The notes below the pieces were generated by a model, which saw nothing but the letters and a program-made list of their open reading frames with translations, made no database searches and was not told where the DNA came from. A stretch of DNA of 64,000 nt from Felis catus (lineage: Eukaryota): the NCBI RefSeq assembly GCF_018350175.1, contig NC_058383.1, positions 28,336,001-28,400,000 of the forward strand. Reading direction: 5' to 3'. Made by a program: the position numbers and the translations under genes. Below, piece by piece: positions 13,395 through 25,299 of the stretch (position 1 is its first letter; every line of letters starts with the position of its first letter).

Positions 13395-13444
<50 letters not shown>
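13395..13444. repeat. (AC)25 microsatellite
   Basis: Perfect dinucleotide run. Confidence 0.95.
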
Positions 13445-13446
<2 letters not shown>

Positions 13447-14263
13447 CAGCTGCACCAAATAAAACAGGAATGGTGATTGAATGTGAGACATCCCCCCCAC
13501 CCCTGCCCCTGCCAAGGACTTAGGGAGATAAGATTGGTTTCTGTGATTTTTTTATTGGCCGAGGCTCCCCTCAGGGTGAGTTTTTAAGGGATAATTTCTT
13601 TCAAGTGATAATGCTCCTTGGCTGGTTGCTTTGAGATTTATACATCTAATGAATACTTATTGAGCATCTATTATACGCCAGGGCTTGCTAGGAACGAGAG
13701 AAAGTTGCTGTTCCTATGCAGTTCGCAGTCTTAGGGTTGGGTTTTTTGTTGTTGTTGTTGTTGTTTGATTTTTTTTTAAGTTATCTTTAAACCCAACATG
13801 GGGCTCGAATTCATGACCCCAAGATCAAGAGTCAGATGCTCTACTCACTGAGTCTCAGAGTGCCCCCAAAGTGTTGGGGGTTTTTTAAAGTATTTTTTAT
13901 GGTAGGAGGGCAGGTTAATTAAATAATCACATAAAGCAAAGGCTATTTACAGCTTTGGTAGAAGCTGGGAAGAAAAAGTGGAAGAGGGCCAACGAGGGCC
14001 CCGGCCTGCTGGCAGTGGAAGTCAAGGAAGGCTTCTGGGGGGAAGGAGTTTATGCACTGAGATGCAAGCGATGAGTCCAGTCTTGGGCCTGGATTGTGTT
14101 CCAGTCTGCAGAAAACAGCTTACGGAAAAGCCATGAAACAGGACAGAGCAGGCCGTCAGTAGAACTAGAAGATGGTCTGGGTGGCAGGAATCCAGAGAGT
14201 GAAGCAGATGGGACCCATCTGGGGCAAGACAGATCAGAAGTCTTGCAGGATCTTTTTGGTCAA

Positions 14264-14264
<1 letters not shown>

Positions 14265-14297
<33 letters not shown>
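14265..14297. repeat. G33 homopolymer
   Basis: 33 consecutive G followed by AGGGGCGGGGAGGGGGG. Confidence 0.9.
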
Positions 14298-14298
<1 letters not shown>

Positions 14299-16389
14299 GG
14301 GGCGGGGAGGGGGGTTCAGCTTGGCCCTAAGAGCAACGGGGAGCCACTGTTGGTTTCAAGTGGGGCAAGACGGACATTTTCCATTTTCGTATGAACGTTT
14401 TGTTCATTAATTCTTTCAACAAATATTGATTAAGCAAACATATGAAAAGGTTCTTAACATCATCAGGGAAATGCAAAAAAAAAAACAAAAAAAACAAAAA
14501 ACAAGAAACAAAACAAACAAACCCAAACCCAGCCATTACAATTTACCAGAGTGACAGAAATGAAAATACCAAGCTTCAGCAAAGATACGGAAGTAAAACT
14601 CCTCTGTTAGCGGGGATGGACGTTGGTTCAACCACTTTGGAAAGCTGCTAATTTCTGCTGAAGCTAAACATAGGATTACACAGGGGCACAGCAACTCCAC
14701 TGCTTTCTGGGAGATGGGAGTGCTTACGTTCACTGAAAAACATCTATAAAAAATGTTCATAAGAGCTTTGTTCAAAAAGCCCAAAACTAGATGTCACTGA
14801 GTGGCCCATCCGTAGTCAAAAGGGTGAATGAATTGTGGCCTATGCACACAATAGATCACTACACAGCCAAAAAAAAAAAAAAAAAGAATCAGACTGCTGG
14901 GGTGCCTGGGTGGCTCAGTTGGTTAAGCATCTGACTCTTCATTTCGGCTGGGGTCATGATCTCCCAGTTCATGGGTTCGAGCCCCGAACTCTCTCTCCCT
15001 GATTCTCTCTCTCTCTCTCTCCCTCTCTCTCTGCCCCTCCCTGGCTTTCTCTCTTTCTCAAAATAAATAAACTTCAAAAATCTTAAAAATTAGAAAAGAA
15101 TCAAACTGCTAACACATATAACAGAAAGAAAGAATGGAATCTCACCAAACGCAGGAAGGAGCAGAAAAAGCTAGGCACAAAAGAGTACATTTGTTCACAA
15201 CACCGTTTATAGGAGGATCAAACACAGTCACCGCTAATAGATTTTAAATGTTTTTTTTTAAATGTTTATTTTTATTTTTGAGAGAGCATGAGCAGGGGAG
15301 GGGCAGAGAGAGAGGGGGACAGAGACTCTGAAGCAGGCTCTGTGCTGATGGCAGGAAGCCTGATGGGGGGCTCGAACCCACGAACCGTGAGCTCATGGCC
15401 TAAGCTGAAGTCAGACACGCAACTGACTGAGCCACCCAGGCGCCCCACAACTAATAGATTTTGATTAGAGTCAGAATAATGGTTACATGCGAAGGGGGTA
15501 TTGATTAGGAAGGGATACAAGAGAAACTCCTCAGTAGCTGGTAAAGTTCTATAACTGGATCTGGTGGTAGTTACATGGTTTACACATACACATTTTAAAA
15601 TTCACTGAGCTGGATGCTCAAGGTGGTTGTACTTTGCTCTAGAAAAGTTACACCTAATGCAGAAATGTTAAATAGAGAATGAATAAATGCTAAGTGTGAG
15701 TAATAAATAACGAGCATACCATTTTCCAGGAATAGGCAAGGTAACGGGCAAGGTCCCATAGCCGGATGTGGCAAAGACAAGGCCCAGCCCTGCTCTGACC
15801 TGCCAAGCCCTCCCCGTGCTCTCCCGCAGCCACACACCCGAAGGCCTTCCCTTCTCTTCTCTGTCCCCTTCCTCCCCATCTTCAGCCCTTGTACAATTAA
15901 GAAACACCCTAGACCAAGAGGCTCTGGGCCCTGAGCCAAACCCACCCAGTGGACAGCCTACAAAATGAAGGATGATGAAAATGCAGGATGGAGATTTCAA
16001 GCACCAGCCCCTTTGCTAGTACATGATTCCGTGAATCCAGCCGACAAGAATGCCCAAGAGATCCTTTTTAGTTCTCCCCGAATCCTCGCACCCTGTTCCT
16101 GTCGGTTTATTTTATAGTACCGGTCACTATTTGCAACCATTTAATTGCTCATTTGCTCCACAGAGGCCTCCCCAGCCACACTGGAAGGTACCAGCCATTG
16201 CTGTCGCTCTCGGGAACTGCTACACCATCCTCCTTCCTGGTGTCCTGTGCCTGCCCCTTCCCACTGCCATCAGCAGCCAGAGGGGTCCTGTTCAAAGCAA
16301 GGCAGCTACACACCGCCCCCCCTACCCCCCCCCCCCCCCGCACAGAACCTGCAATGGCCTCCCCACCATGGTTAGTCCACAACCCGACC

Positions 16390-16890
16390 AGATACGATCC
16401 AGCAATTCCACTTCTGGGTCGGCACCCACGAGAATTGAACGCAGGGACCCAAACAGATATTTGCACCCTAAGTTGATAGCATCATTATTCCCGAGAGCCA
16501 AGCAATGGAAGCCATCCAAGTGTCTGCCCACTGATGAATAAAGCAAATGTGGCCTCTGCATACGATGGAAAATGACTCAGCCTTAAAAACGAAAGAAATG
16601 TTGACACAGGCTACAAACTCTGAGCCTTGAAGATGCTGTGCTAAATGAGATAAGGCAGTCAAAGAAGGGCCGATATGGTGTGAGTTCTCAGAGTATTCAA
16701 ATTCGTGGGGATGAAGAGTAGAATGGTGGTTGGCAGGGGCTGTGGGGAGGGGAGAAGTGGGGAGTTCGTGTTTAATGGATGTGAACTTGGAGTTCTGCAA
16801 GAGGAGAGCACGCTGGGGATGGACGTGGTAAGATCTGCCCAACAGTGTGGACGTGCTTAATGCCACAGAAACGTCCCCTTAAAAAATGCT
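16390..16890 (+). mobile_element. L1MB-like 3' end
   Basis: Contains GATCCAGCAATTCCACTTCTGGG...GTAGAATGGTGGTTGGCAGGGGCTG...GTGCTTAATGCCAC. Confidence 0.75.
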
Positions 16891-19800
16891 TAAGATGCTT
16901 GGGGTCACCTGGGTGGCTCAGCTGCTTGAGCATCCGATTGTGGCTCAGGTCATGATCTGCAGGTTCGTGAGTTCCAGCCCCGTGTCAGGCTCTGTGCTGA
17001 CAGCTCAGAGCCTGGAGCCTGCTTCGGATTCTGTGTCTCCCTGTCTCTCTGCCCCTCGCCCACTCACTCTCTGTCTCTCTCTCAAAAATAAATAAGTATT
17101 TTGTTGTGTGTATTTTGCCACAATAAAAGAAATTAGAATAAAAGAAGCAAAATAGAGCAGTTAAAAAAAAAATCCTACGAGGCCCCGTGTGACCAAGCCC
17201 CTGGCCATCTCCAATGTCATCTTATACCTCTTTGTCCTCAGTCCCTGTTCAGCAGCCACACGGAGGGCTTTCTGTCTCTCGTACATGCCAAGCTCATTCT
17301 CACCTCCTGCCTTCAACTCCTGCTAAGCCCTCTGCCTGGAGCCTTCTTCCCCCAGATCTTCAAGTGGCCCTTGCTTCCCCTCAGGGCTCAAAAGTCACCT
17401 CCTCCCAGAGGCTTTCCCTAATTAACTTACGCTGAGTAACCCCACTCCCTCTAACTCATCACCTGCTTTATTTTCATGCTAGCATTTAACACTACCTGAA
17501 AACGCTTAATTGGCTCTTCTCTCCTCCTAGATGAAAAACATGCCCTTGTCTTCCTTCACAAACTCACTCAACAAATATTTATGGAGCATTAGGCAGTGTC
17601 CTGGCCGGGAGCCAGCAAACAACCACCAGCCCTTTGTTTTTGTAAATGAAGTCTTATTGGAACGCCGTCCCATACATTTCTTTATGCCTATTTTTACGGC
17701 TGCTGTATCCCTACAACCTCAGAGCTGAGTAGTTCCAACAGAGACGGTCAAATTTGGGAACCAAAAAATCCTGCTGGGTCCTCAGAGGCCAGATCAGGTA
17801 GGGCCTCCCAGACCACCACAGGGCACATGGCTTATTCTTGGAGTGAGGCGGGAAGTCATGGGAAGGAACTGAGCAGAAAAGCAGTGTAACTTGAGTTAAG
17901 TTTTTTGGTTTGTTTTTAAGTCTATGTATTTTGAGAGAGAGAGCAGGGGAGGGGCAGAGAGAGAATCCCAAACAGTCTCCGCCTTGTCAGCGCAGAGCCC
18001 GATGCAGGGCTTGAACTCAAGAACCGTGAGATCATGACTTGAGCCGAAATCAAGATTTGTACGCTTCACTGACTGAGCCACCCAGGCGCCCCTTGAATTA
18101 GGTTTTAACAGGTCACTCTGGCTGCTGGATGGAGAATAGACCGTGGGCTTGGCAGTGGGAGGGGCAGCAGAAGCAGGGTATGGTAAGATCAAAGCAAAAC
18201 AGGGTTATGACTAAAGGGGCTAATATCAGCCTTGACTGCAAAGTGGACCCACGGTAGTGAAGTGACCGGACTATTGTGCTCAGAAAGCCCTTATCTGCAG
18301 CTCTGTACCTGTGTTGGAAATCAAGGTAACTTCTCCCATCTTCTAGGAGAGAGACAGGGGCTTCCTTGGTAGTGATATCATTTCAAACTGCAGATTTGCT
18401 ATAATTTTAGAAAGCAAAATTCTCAGTGAGTAAGAAAGGGGCAGTCAATCAAAGAAGGAGGTGACTTTGGTGCCTTACAGGTAGGGAGTATCCTTGGGAG
18501 AAATCTCGTTTCCTGTTAGCTTTGCAATTAGTGTTGTTGTGTCTGTTATCCCAGCCTGAAGAATGGCCAGGCTGAGTGTTTCCTCTCTTGGTCTGAATCT
18601 AATTTCTGCTTACTCACAATTAAGGATCATTTACTGCATTTCCTTGTCCTGAGCCTTAAGTGTCTTCTAATGGACAGTCCCCCATTTTTTTTTTTAAATA
18701 ACATCATCTTGCTGAAGAGAATGAGCCAATTATACCAAATGTCCCACATTCCGGATTTCTTTTGTTTCTTCGTTGGTGTGGTTGAATTTGTTCCTCTGTC
18801 TCTTATGTATTTTGTGAACTTTAGATCTGAAAGTTTCATTGGATTCAGGTTAGTAAAGATGCTTTCTGAAGAGGATGCTGCTGACGAGGACAGTGTTAAG
18901 AGGATCTGTTTTCCACATAGACCTTCCACCCGGCTCTCTCCTAGATATTTAAGCAAGAGAAATGAAAATGGATGTCCACACAAAGACTTGTACTTGGAGG
19001 GGCATTATTCATAATGTCCCCAAACTGGATATTTGGGACAAGCCAAATATCAACAGGTGAACGGGAAACAATTTGCAATACATCCATATGGTGATTACCG
19101 CTCAGCAATGAAAAGGAGCTACACCTTAGATCCGTCTCAGAATCACCGTGCTGAGTAAAAGAAACCAGATGCGAAGGGCCACCTGCTGTATACGGTGACT
19201 GAAAGCAGACCACTAACTGCCTGGAACCTGGGAAAGGAGGAATTGACTGGAAGGTTGCAGCAGGAGGGAACATTCCAGAATGATGGATATTTCCTTCCTA
19301 TATCTCGAATATGGTGGGGATGATACTGGCATATATGTCAGAACTCATCACAGTGGCTACTTTAAATGGGTGTGTTGTATTGCATTCAATTATATCCCGG
19401 TGGGGTTTCGAGCAAAAGAGAATCTATGTAGATCTCTGCTTCTGTGTGTTCTCTCTCCTAAAACCCATATGCCTGTGAAAGTGCCCGAGGTCCAAGGTGT
19501 TCCCTCCTTTACAATTGTCCTTCCTCCACTGCACAGAAGTAAGGCAATCCTTGTCACTCTTGTCAGGACCTACTGAGGATGTGGTCGTTCTCCAGTATAA
19601 AAACCTGGATGCCAGACAAAAGCATCATGTGAAATCACCGTGTGTGGCTAAGGAAAGAGAATGACCCCAGAGACCAGCCAACACATCCTGTTGCAGTTCT
19701 GATGGTTTCCTCTCTCCTTCCAATCTCCATGGAGGAGGCATGGCTTGTTGGGTGATAGATGACTACAAATAATTTCTGATAATGAGTGACAATGTGATAT

Positions 19801-20000
19801 GTGGCAAATTACACAGGAGTTTCAACATGTGTGACCTTGAGTCACTTAGCAATGACAAAATTTCCATTCCAGTCCCCTGTTTCTGTGAAAACATTTCTCA
19901 GTATTTACTACGGTAAAAACAAAAAATTGGAATAACACTTATCCTAAACTCTGTCCCATTCCAGCCATGAGGAATATGTATCCACAGGTAGATGAACCTG

Positions 20001-20002
<2 letters not shown>

Positions 20003-20052
<50 letters not shown>
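20003..20052. repeat. (AC)25 microsatellite
   Basis: Perfect dinucleotide run. Confidence 0.95.
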
Positions 20053-20053
<1 letters not shown>

Positions 20054-21080
20054 ACCAGCCCCATTCATCTCATTAAAAGCCTCATTTAGGGGACACCTGG
20101 GTGGCTCAGTTGGTTAAGCAAACAACTTAGGCTCAGGTCATGATCTCATGGTTCTTGAATTCGAGCCCCATGTCAGGCTCTGAGCTGTCAGCACAGAGCC
20201 TGCTTTGGATTCTGTGTCTCCCTCTCTCTCTGGTCTTCCCCCACTCGTACTCTGTCTCTTTCTCTCTGTCTCTCTCTCTCTTTCTCCCCAAAATAAATAA
20301 ACATTAAAAAAATTTTTTTGAAGCTTCATTTAGAATGAAACATTTTATATGTTGTACATCTGAAACTAATATCACACTGTATGTTAACTAGAATTTAAAT
20401 AAAATCATTTAAAAAATAAAACAAATATATGTAAATATATGACAATTGCCTTTTTTTCAGTATTTGTGCTGCTAAAGAGAGCACTAGAGGGGCGCCTGGG
20501 TGGCTCAGTCGGTTGAGCGTCTGACTTCAGCTCAGGTCATGATCTCATGGTCCGTGAGTTCGAGCCCCGCGTCGGGCTCTGGGCTGACAGCTCAGAGCCT
20601 GGAGCCTGCTTCCGATTCTGTGTGTCTCCCTCTCTCTCTGCCCCTCCCCCGTTCATGCTGTGTCTCTCTGTCTCAAAAATAAATAAATGTTAAAAAAAAA
20701 TTAAAAAAAAAAGAGAGCACTAGATAACAATTACTGATCATAATGTGGTATATTTATGCTGGTTTGATCAATTACATTCAAATAATAATTGTAGTGATAA
20801 GTCAGAGAAAAATGGTAACACAGCCTTAAGAACACAGGACAGTCTTCAAAATTAGACCCTGGGGAAACAGGACTTAAAAAAAAATAAATATAACTTCACG
20901 AAGGTATTTTTGTTGCAGAGAAGTATGATCAGGTGACTAATAAAAAAAAACCTTTTAAGTATATTACATTAAGGTAGAAATCTGTAGGGCAAGTAGAATG
21001 GAAATACAAGTTAAAGGAGCAGAAAAGAAAAAGTGAAATAAAATTTCCAACTGTTAAGAGCCTGTTCTTGTATTTTTTTT

Positions 21081-22130
21081 CCTACATAATTTCCATTTAT
21101 TTTCATGATCTTGTGTGATTAGGCTCATGGAGTTTTGGGGGGTTTTGTTTAGTTTTTACTTCATAATAGTAAACAACTCTGCAATCCAGCCAGACTTGGA
21201 GGAAGGTAGGAAAATATGGAACCCATAGGACTTCAGGGAGAGCACAAAGATGACAAGATATTTTGAGCAAATGGGGCTGAGGGGGCGAAGCTTTGCTGAG
21301 CTACAGAGGAATCTCTGGTAATCACGATAAAACACAAGTCAGATACTGGGTGCCTGCCCTGGATGGTTCCGTCATCAAGCTTCCAACTCTTGGTTTCGCC
21401 TCCAATCATAATCTCCCGGTTTATGAGTTCGAGCCCCACACTGGGCTTTGCACTGAAAGCTTGGAGCCTGCTTGGGATTTCTCTCTCCCTTTCTTTCTGC
21501 CCCTCTCTGGCTCTCTCTCTCTCTCTTTTTCTCTCTCTCAAAAATAAGTAAATAAACATTATAGTAAAATTTTTAAAACTTAAAAAAACTGCAAGACAAA
21601 TTTATTAGATTTGTCCACAGTCCACAACGGTGATCTTCTTCCTGGTCTTGCCATTCCCGGACTCGAAGCAATCCATGGCTTCTGCAATATTCCTGCCCTT
21701 TTTCACCTCGCCAGCGACCACACGCTTGCCATCCAACTACTCAGTGTTGGCGGTGGGGATGAAAAACGGGGAACCGCTTGTATTGGGTCCAGCATCTGCC
21801 ATGGACAGGATGCCAGGACCCACGTGCTTCAGGATGAAATTCTCATCATCAGATCTCTCCCCATACACGGGCTTTTGCCAATGCCGACGTGGCGTGTGAC
21901 ATCACCGCCCTGGCGCATTCATCCCGGAATCGTCCTGAGAAAGCAGGAAGCTTTATAACCAAATGCTTTCTCCCCAGTGCTCAGGTCAGGAAAGTTTTCT
22001 GCTTGCTGGCTTGGGAACTTTGTCTGCAAACAGCTCCACGGAGATGAGGCCCAAGGGCTGGCCGTCCACGGCAGGGGTGACCGTGGCTGGGTGGTGCAGG
22101 CGGCTCCAGGGTGGCGGCTTCTGCTCAGAG
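21081..22130 (-). pseudogene. PPIA: Processed pseudogene of cyclophilin A (PPIA), with 5' UTR, CDS (22084..21605) and 3' UTR
   Basis: Minus-strand translation gives [21 protein letters not shown] ... [31 protein letters not shown] ... LDGKRVV ... [11 protein letters not shown]. It is intronless. Lesions: ATG>ACG, six N-terminal codons deleted, frameshifts, and W121>TAG at 21739-21737. The PPIA-like 3' UTR at about 21145-21345 is split from the CDS by a SINE. Confidence 0.93.
21348..21580 (+). mobile_element. CanSINE inserted in the 3' UTR of the PPIA retrocopy
   Basis: Diverged SINE flanked by a degenerate duplication (CAAGTCAGAT / CAAGACAAAT). Confidence 0.8.
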
Positions 22131-22637
22131 ATTTTGTTTTTTTAAAGAGTGATGGCAGGTGTATTTAAAAATGTGCAGTAAAAGTTATAGCCTAACATAT
22201 GAATATGATAATTGGGAAATTAGGCTGCCACTATTTAAACTTATGATACACAAATTGTAGATTCAACTTGGAAATGTGCAAGGGGAGGGGCGCCTGGGTG
22301 GCGCAGTCGGTTGGGCGTCCGCATTCCGCTCGGGTCATGATCTCACGGCTGGTGGGTTCGAGCCCCACGTCAGGCTCTCTGCTGGGAGCCTGCAGCCTAC
22401 TTCGGATTCTGTGTCTCCCTCTCTCTCCAAACCTCCCCCACTCGCTCTCTGTCTCAAAGGTAAATAAACATTAAAAGAAAAAAAGAAATGTGCAAGGAGA
22501 ACATGGTTCTTAGAAGTTCTTTTAGGAGAGGGGCGCCTGGGTGGCTCAGTCAGTTACGTGTCTGGCTCTTGATTTCGGCTCAGGAGATCGAGCCCCGGTG
22601 TTCAGGCTTTGCACTGACAGTGTGGAGCCTGCTTGGG

Positions 22638-22671
<34 letters not shown>

Positions 22672-23172
22672 AAAATAAATAAATAGACATTTAAAAAGAG
22701 ACGATCATAAGGAACAGAAAATGCGTTTAGAGTACTGTACCACATTTATAGAAAAAAGTCTGCATGTAAGTGGACCTCCATGGTTCAGACCTGTGTTATT
22801 CAAGGGTCAACTGTAAACAGTTGTTTACAGAAAGTTCCTTGGGTTGGGAGGGGGAGGGTTGAGTGTTGAGGCCAGAGGGGCAGATGAGTTGGTCAAGGTA
22901 AATCTCACAGGGGAGGTGATATGTGAGCTGAGACCCGAATGAAAAGGGTGTCAGCAACCAGAAAATCTGGGGAAGAGCGCTTCACGCTTAGGAAACAGCA
23001 AGTATGAAGGTCCTGTGGCAGGAACAAGCTTGGTAGGTTCCAGGAACGAAAAGAAGATGCTCGTGGCTGGAGTAGAGTGTCCCAAGGGGAGTGGTGAAAA
23101 CCTAGGCTAGGGACTTGCAGACTGTACTAGAGAGTCTGAATTTTATTCTCGAGACGGTAGAAATCCCTTAGA

Positions 23173-23366
23173 GCAGAGTTTTTCAACCTCCACCCTATTG
23201 TCATTTGGTCCAGATAAGTCTTTGTTGTGCGGGGCTGTCCTGAGCAGTGCAGGATGTTTGGAAGCATCCCTGTCCTCTACTCATTGAATGCTAGTAGCAG
23301 CCAACCCCACTCCTAGTTGTGATGACCAAAAATGTCTCCAGACATTGCCAGTTACCCCTCTGGGGG
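23173..23366. mobile_element. MER20 (hAT-Charlie)
   Basis: Contains TTTGTTGTGCGGGGCTGTCCTG...GTTGTGATGACCAAAAATGTCTCCAGACATTGCC. Confidence 0.8.
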
Positions 23367-24363
23367 GATATATCCCTAGAAAGGCACATTACCCTGCCAC
23401 CAGAAATGGTGATGCTGGTCTACACCCGATGAACGAACAGGAAAACACTCCTGACCCCAGCGAGACACAGCACAGTGAACACATTTTGTCTCTGCTCCCT
23501 CTCGTAACTTCTCTGAAACGACCATCAAGGGACAAGAAAGGTTTCGATTGATGAGGACAAGGAGAACAGGAGACGAAACAACCTGAGATGAGGAATGGGC
23601 ACACGATGCTAGCAGATGAAAAAAAAGTGGTGAGCCAGTGAGGGAACTACAGGCATGGAGGCCGGCAAGAACTAAGCTAATCCCTACCCTAGAGGCCAGA
23701 GGAGTCTGAGAAACAGTTACACGTGGAGGCTGAGACCTGGAGGGCTACATGGAAGTCAGCACAAGGAAAGGCTGGATTCCTCCCGCCCCACAGAGCAGGT
23801 GACATCTTCCCCAGCCACAGCATAAGACAGAAGGTATTAGCGAGCCTGTATGTGGGAAGGGGCAGGGCGTGGGAAAGAGTGGGTGGTAGAACTCAAGACA
23901 GAAGGATTCAGGGAGAGTGTACCTGGGAAAGTGGGGGGACCCCCAAGCCCCCACCCCCATTCTGCTCCCATGATGATGACAGGTAGGCCAAGACCTCTGA
24001 AAAGTCAAGATTGGCTAAGTCATGCTGCGGTAACAAAAAACACCTGAAACCCAGTAGTTCGAAACAACTAAGGTCCATTACTTTTGCTCAAGCTTCGTGT
24101 CCTTGTGGTTATATTTACTCAGTCTGTTAGAGCAGTCGTGGTCTCACAGGTGGATGATCACCACGCCAAAGGGAAAAGAGGGGTTCAGAGGGTCCCACAG
24201 TGGTCATTAAATGCTCTAGCTTGAAGCGACACATACCATTTTTAGATGAAATTCACAGAGTGTAAAATTCACCATTTATTGATTTTTATTTTTATTTTTT
24301 TAGAGAGAGAGAGCATGTGAATGGGGAGGAGGAACAGTGGGGCAGAGAGAAGGAAAGAATCTT

Positions 24364-24578
24364 TTTTTTTTTTTTAACGTTTATTTATTTTTGAGACAGA
24401 GAGAGACAGAGCATGAACGGGGGAGGGTCAGAGAGAGGGAGACACAGAATCAGAAACAGGCTCTAGGCTCTGAGCTGTCAGCACAGAGCCCGACGCGGGG
24501 CTCGAACTCACGAACTGTGAGATTGTGACCTGAGCCGAAGTCGGATGCTTAACCGACTGAGCCACCCAGGCGCCCCGG
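24364..24578 (-). mobile_element. Young CanSINE nested in an older CanSINE (24290-24714)
   Basis: TSD GAAGGAAAGAATCTT at 24349-24363 and 24579-24593. Confidence 0.9.
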
Positions 24579-25299
24579 GAAGGAAAGAATCTTAAGTGGG
24601 CCCCATGCTCAGCACAGAGCTGGACATGGGACTCTATCCCACGACCCTAGGATCGTGACCTGAGCCAAAATCAAGCACTGGACACTCTACCAACTGAGCC
24701 ACCTGAGCGCCCCCCAAATTCACCATTTAAAAATGAACACTTTGGGGCACCTGGGTGGCTCAGCCAGTTAAGTGTCCAATTCAGCTCTGGTCGTGATCTC
24801 ACAGTTCGGGGGGTCGAGCCCCACATCGGACTCTGCACTGACCGCTCAGAGCCTGGAGCCCTCTTCGGATTCTGTGTCTCCCTCTCTCTCTGCCCCGCCC
24901 CTGCTCATGCTCTGTCCTCTCTCTTTCAAAAATAAATAAACAGTAAAATAAATTTTTTAATTAAAAAAAAATGCACAATTCTTGGGACACCTGGCTGGCT
25001 CAGTCAGAAGAGCACGTGACTCTTGATCTTGGGGGTATGAGTTCAAGCCCCACATTGGGTGCAGAGATTACTTAAAATGTTTAAATCTTAAAAAACAAAA
25101 CAGAACAAACGATTTGCTGGTATTTAGTACTTTCACAATATTCTGTAATCATCACCTTCTTTAGTTCGAAACACTGATTGCCCGAGAAAGAATCCCGTGC
25201 CCATAAACGGTTGTTCCCCAGGCCCCTCCCCACCCGGCCTCCAGCAGACATCCATTTACAGCATTATATCTCTGGATTGACCTGTTCCCGATCTTTTAC

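Larger units (their letters stand above)
19780..22530 (+). mobile_element. hAT-Charlie (MER113/Charlie7-like) fossil, host of the PPIA retrocopy and several SINEs
   Basis: Degenerate transposase C-terminal-like sequence near 19880-19990. Subterminal sequence ...AAATTTCCAACTGTTAAGAG... resumes after the PPIA insert (...CTATTTAAACTTATGAT...). Confidence 0.5.
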
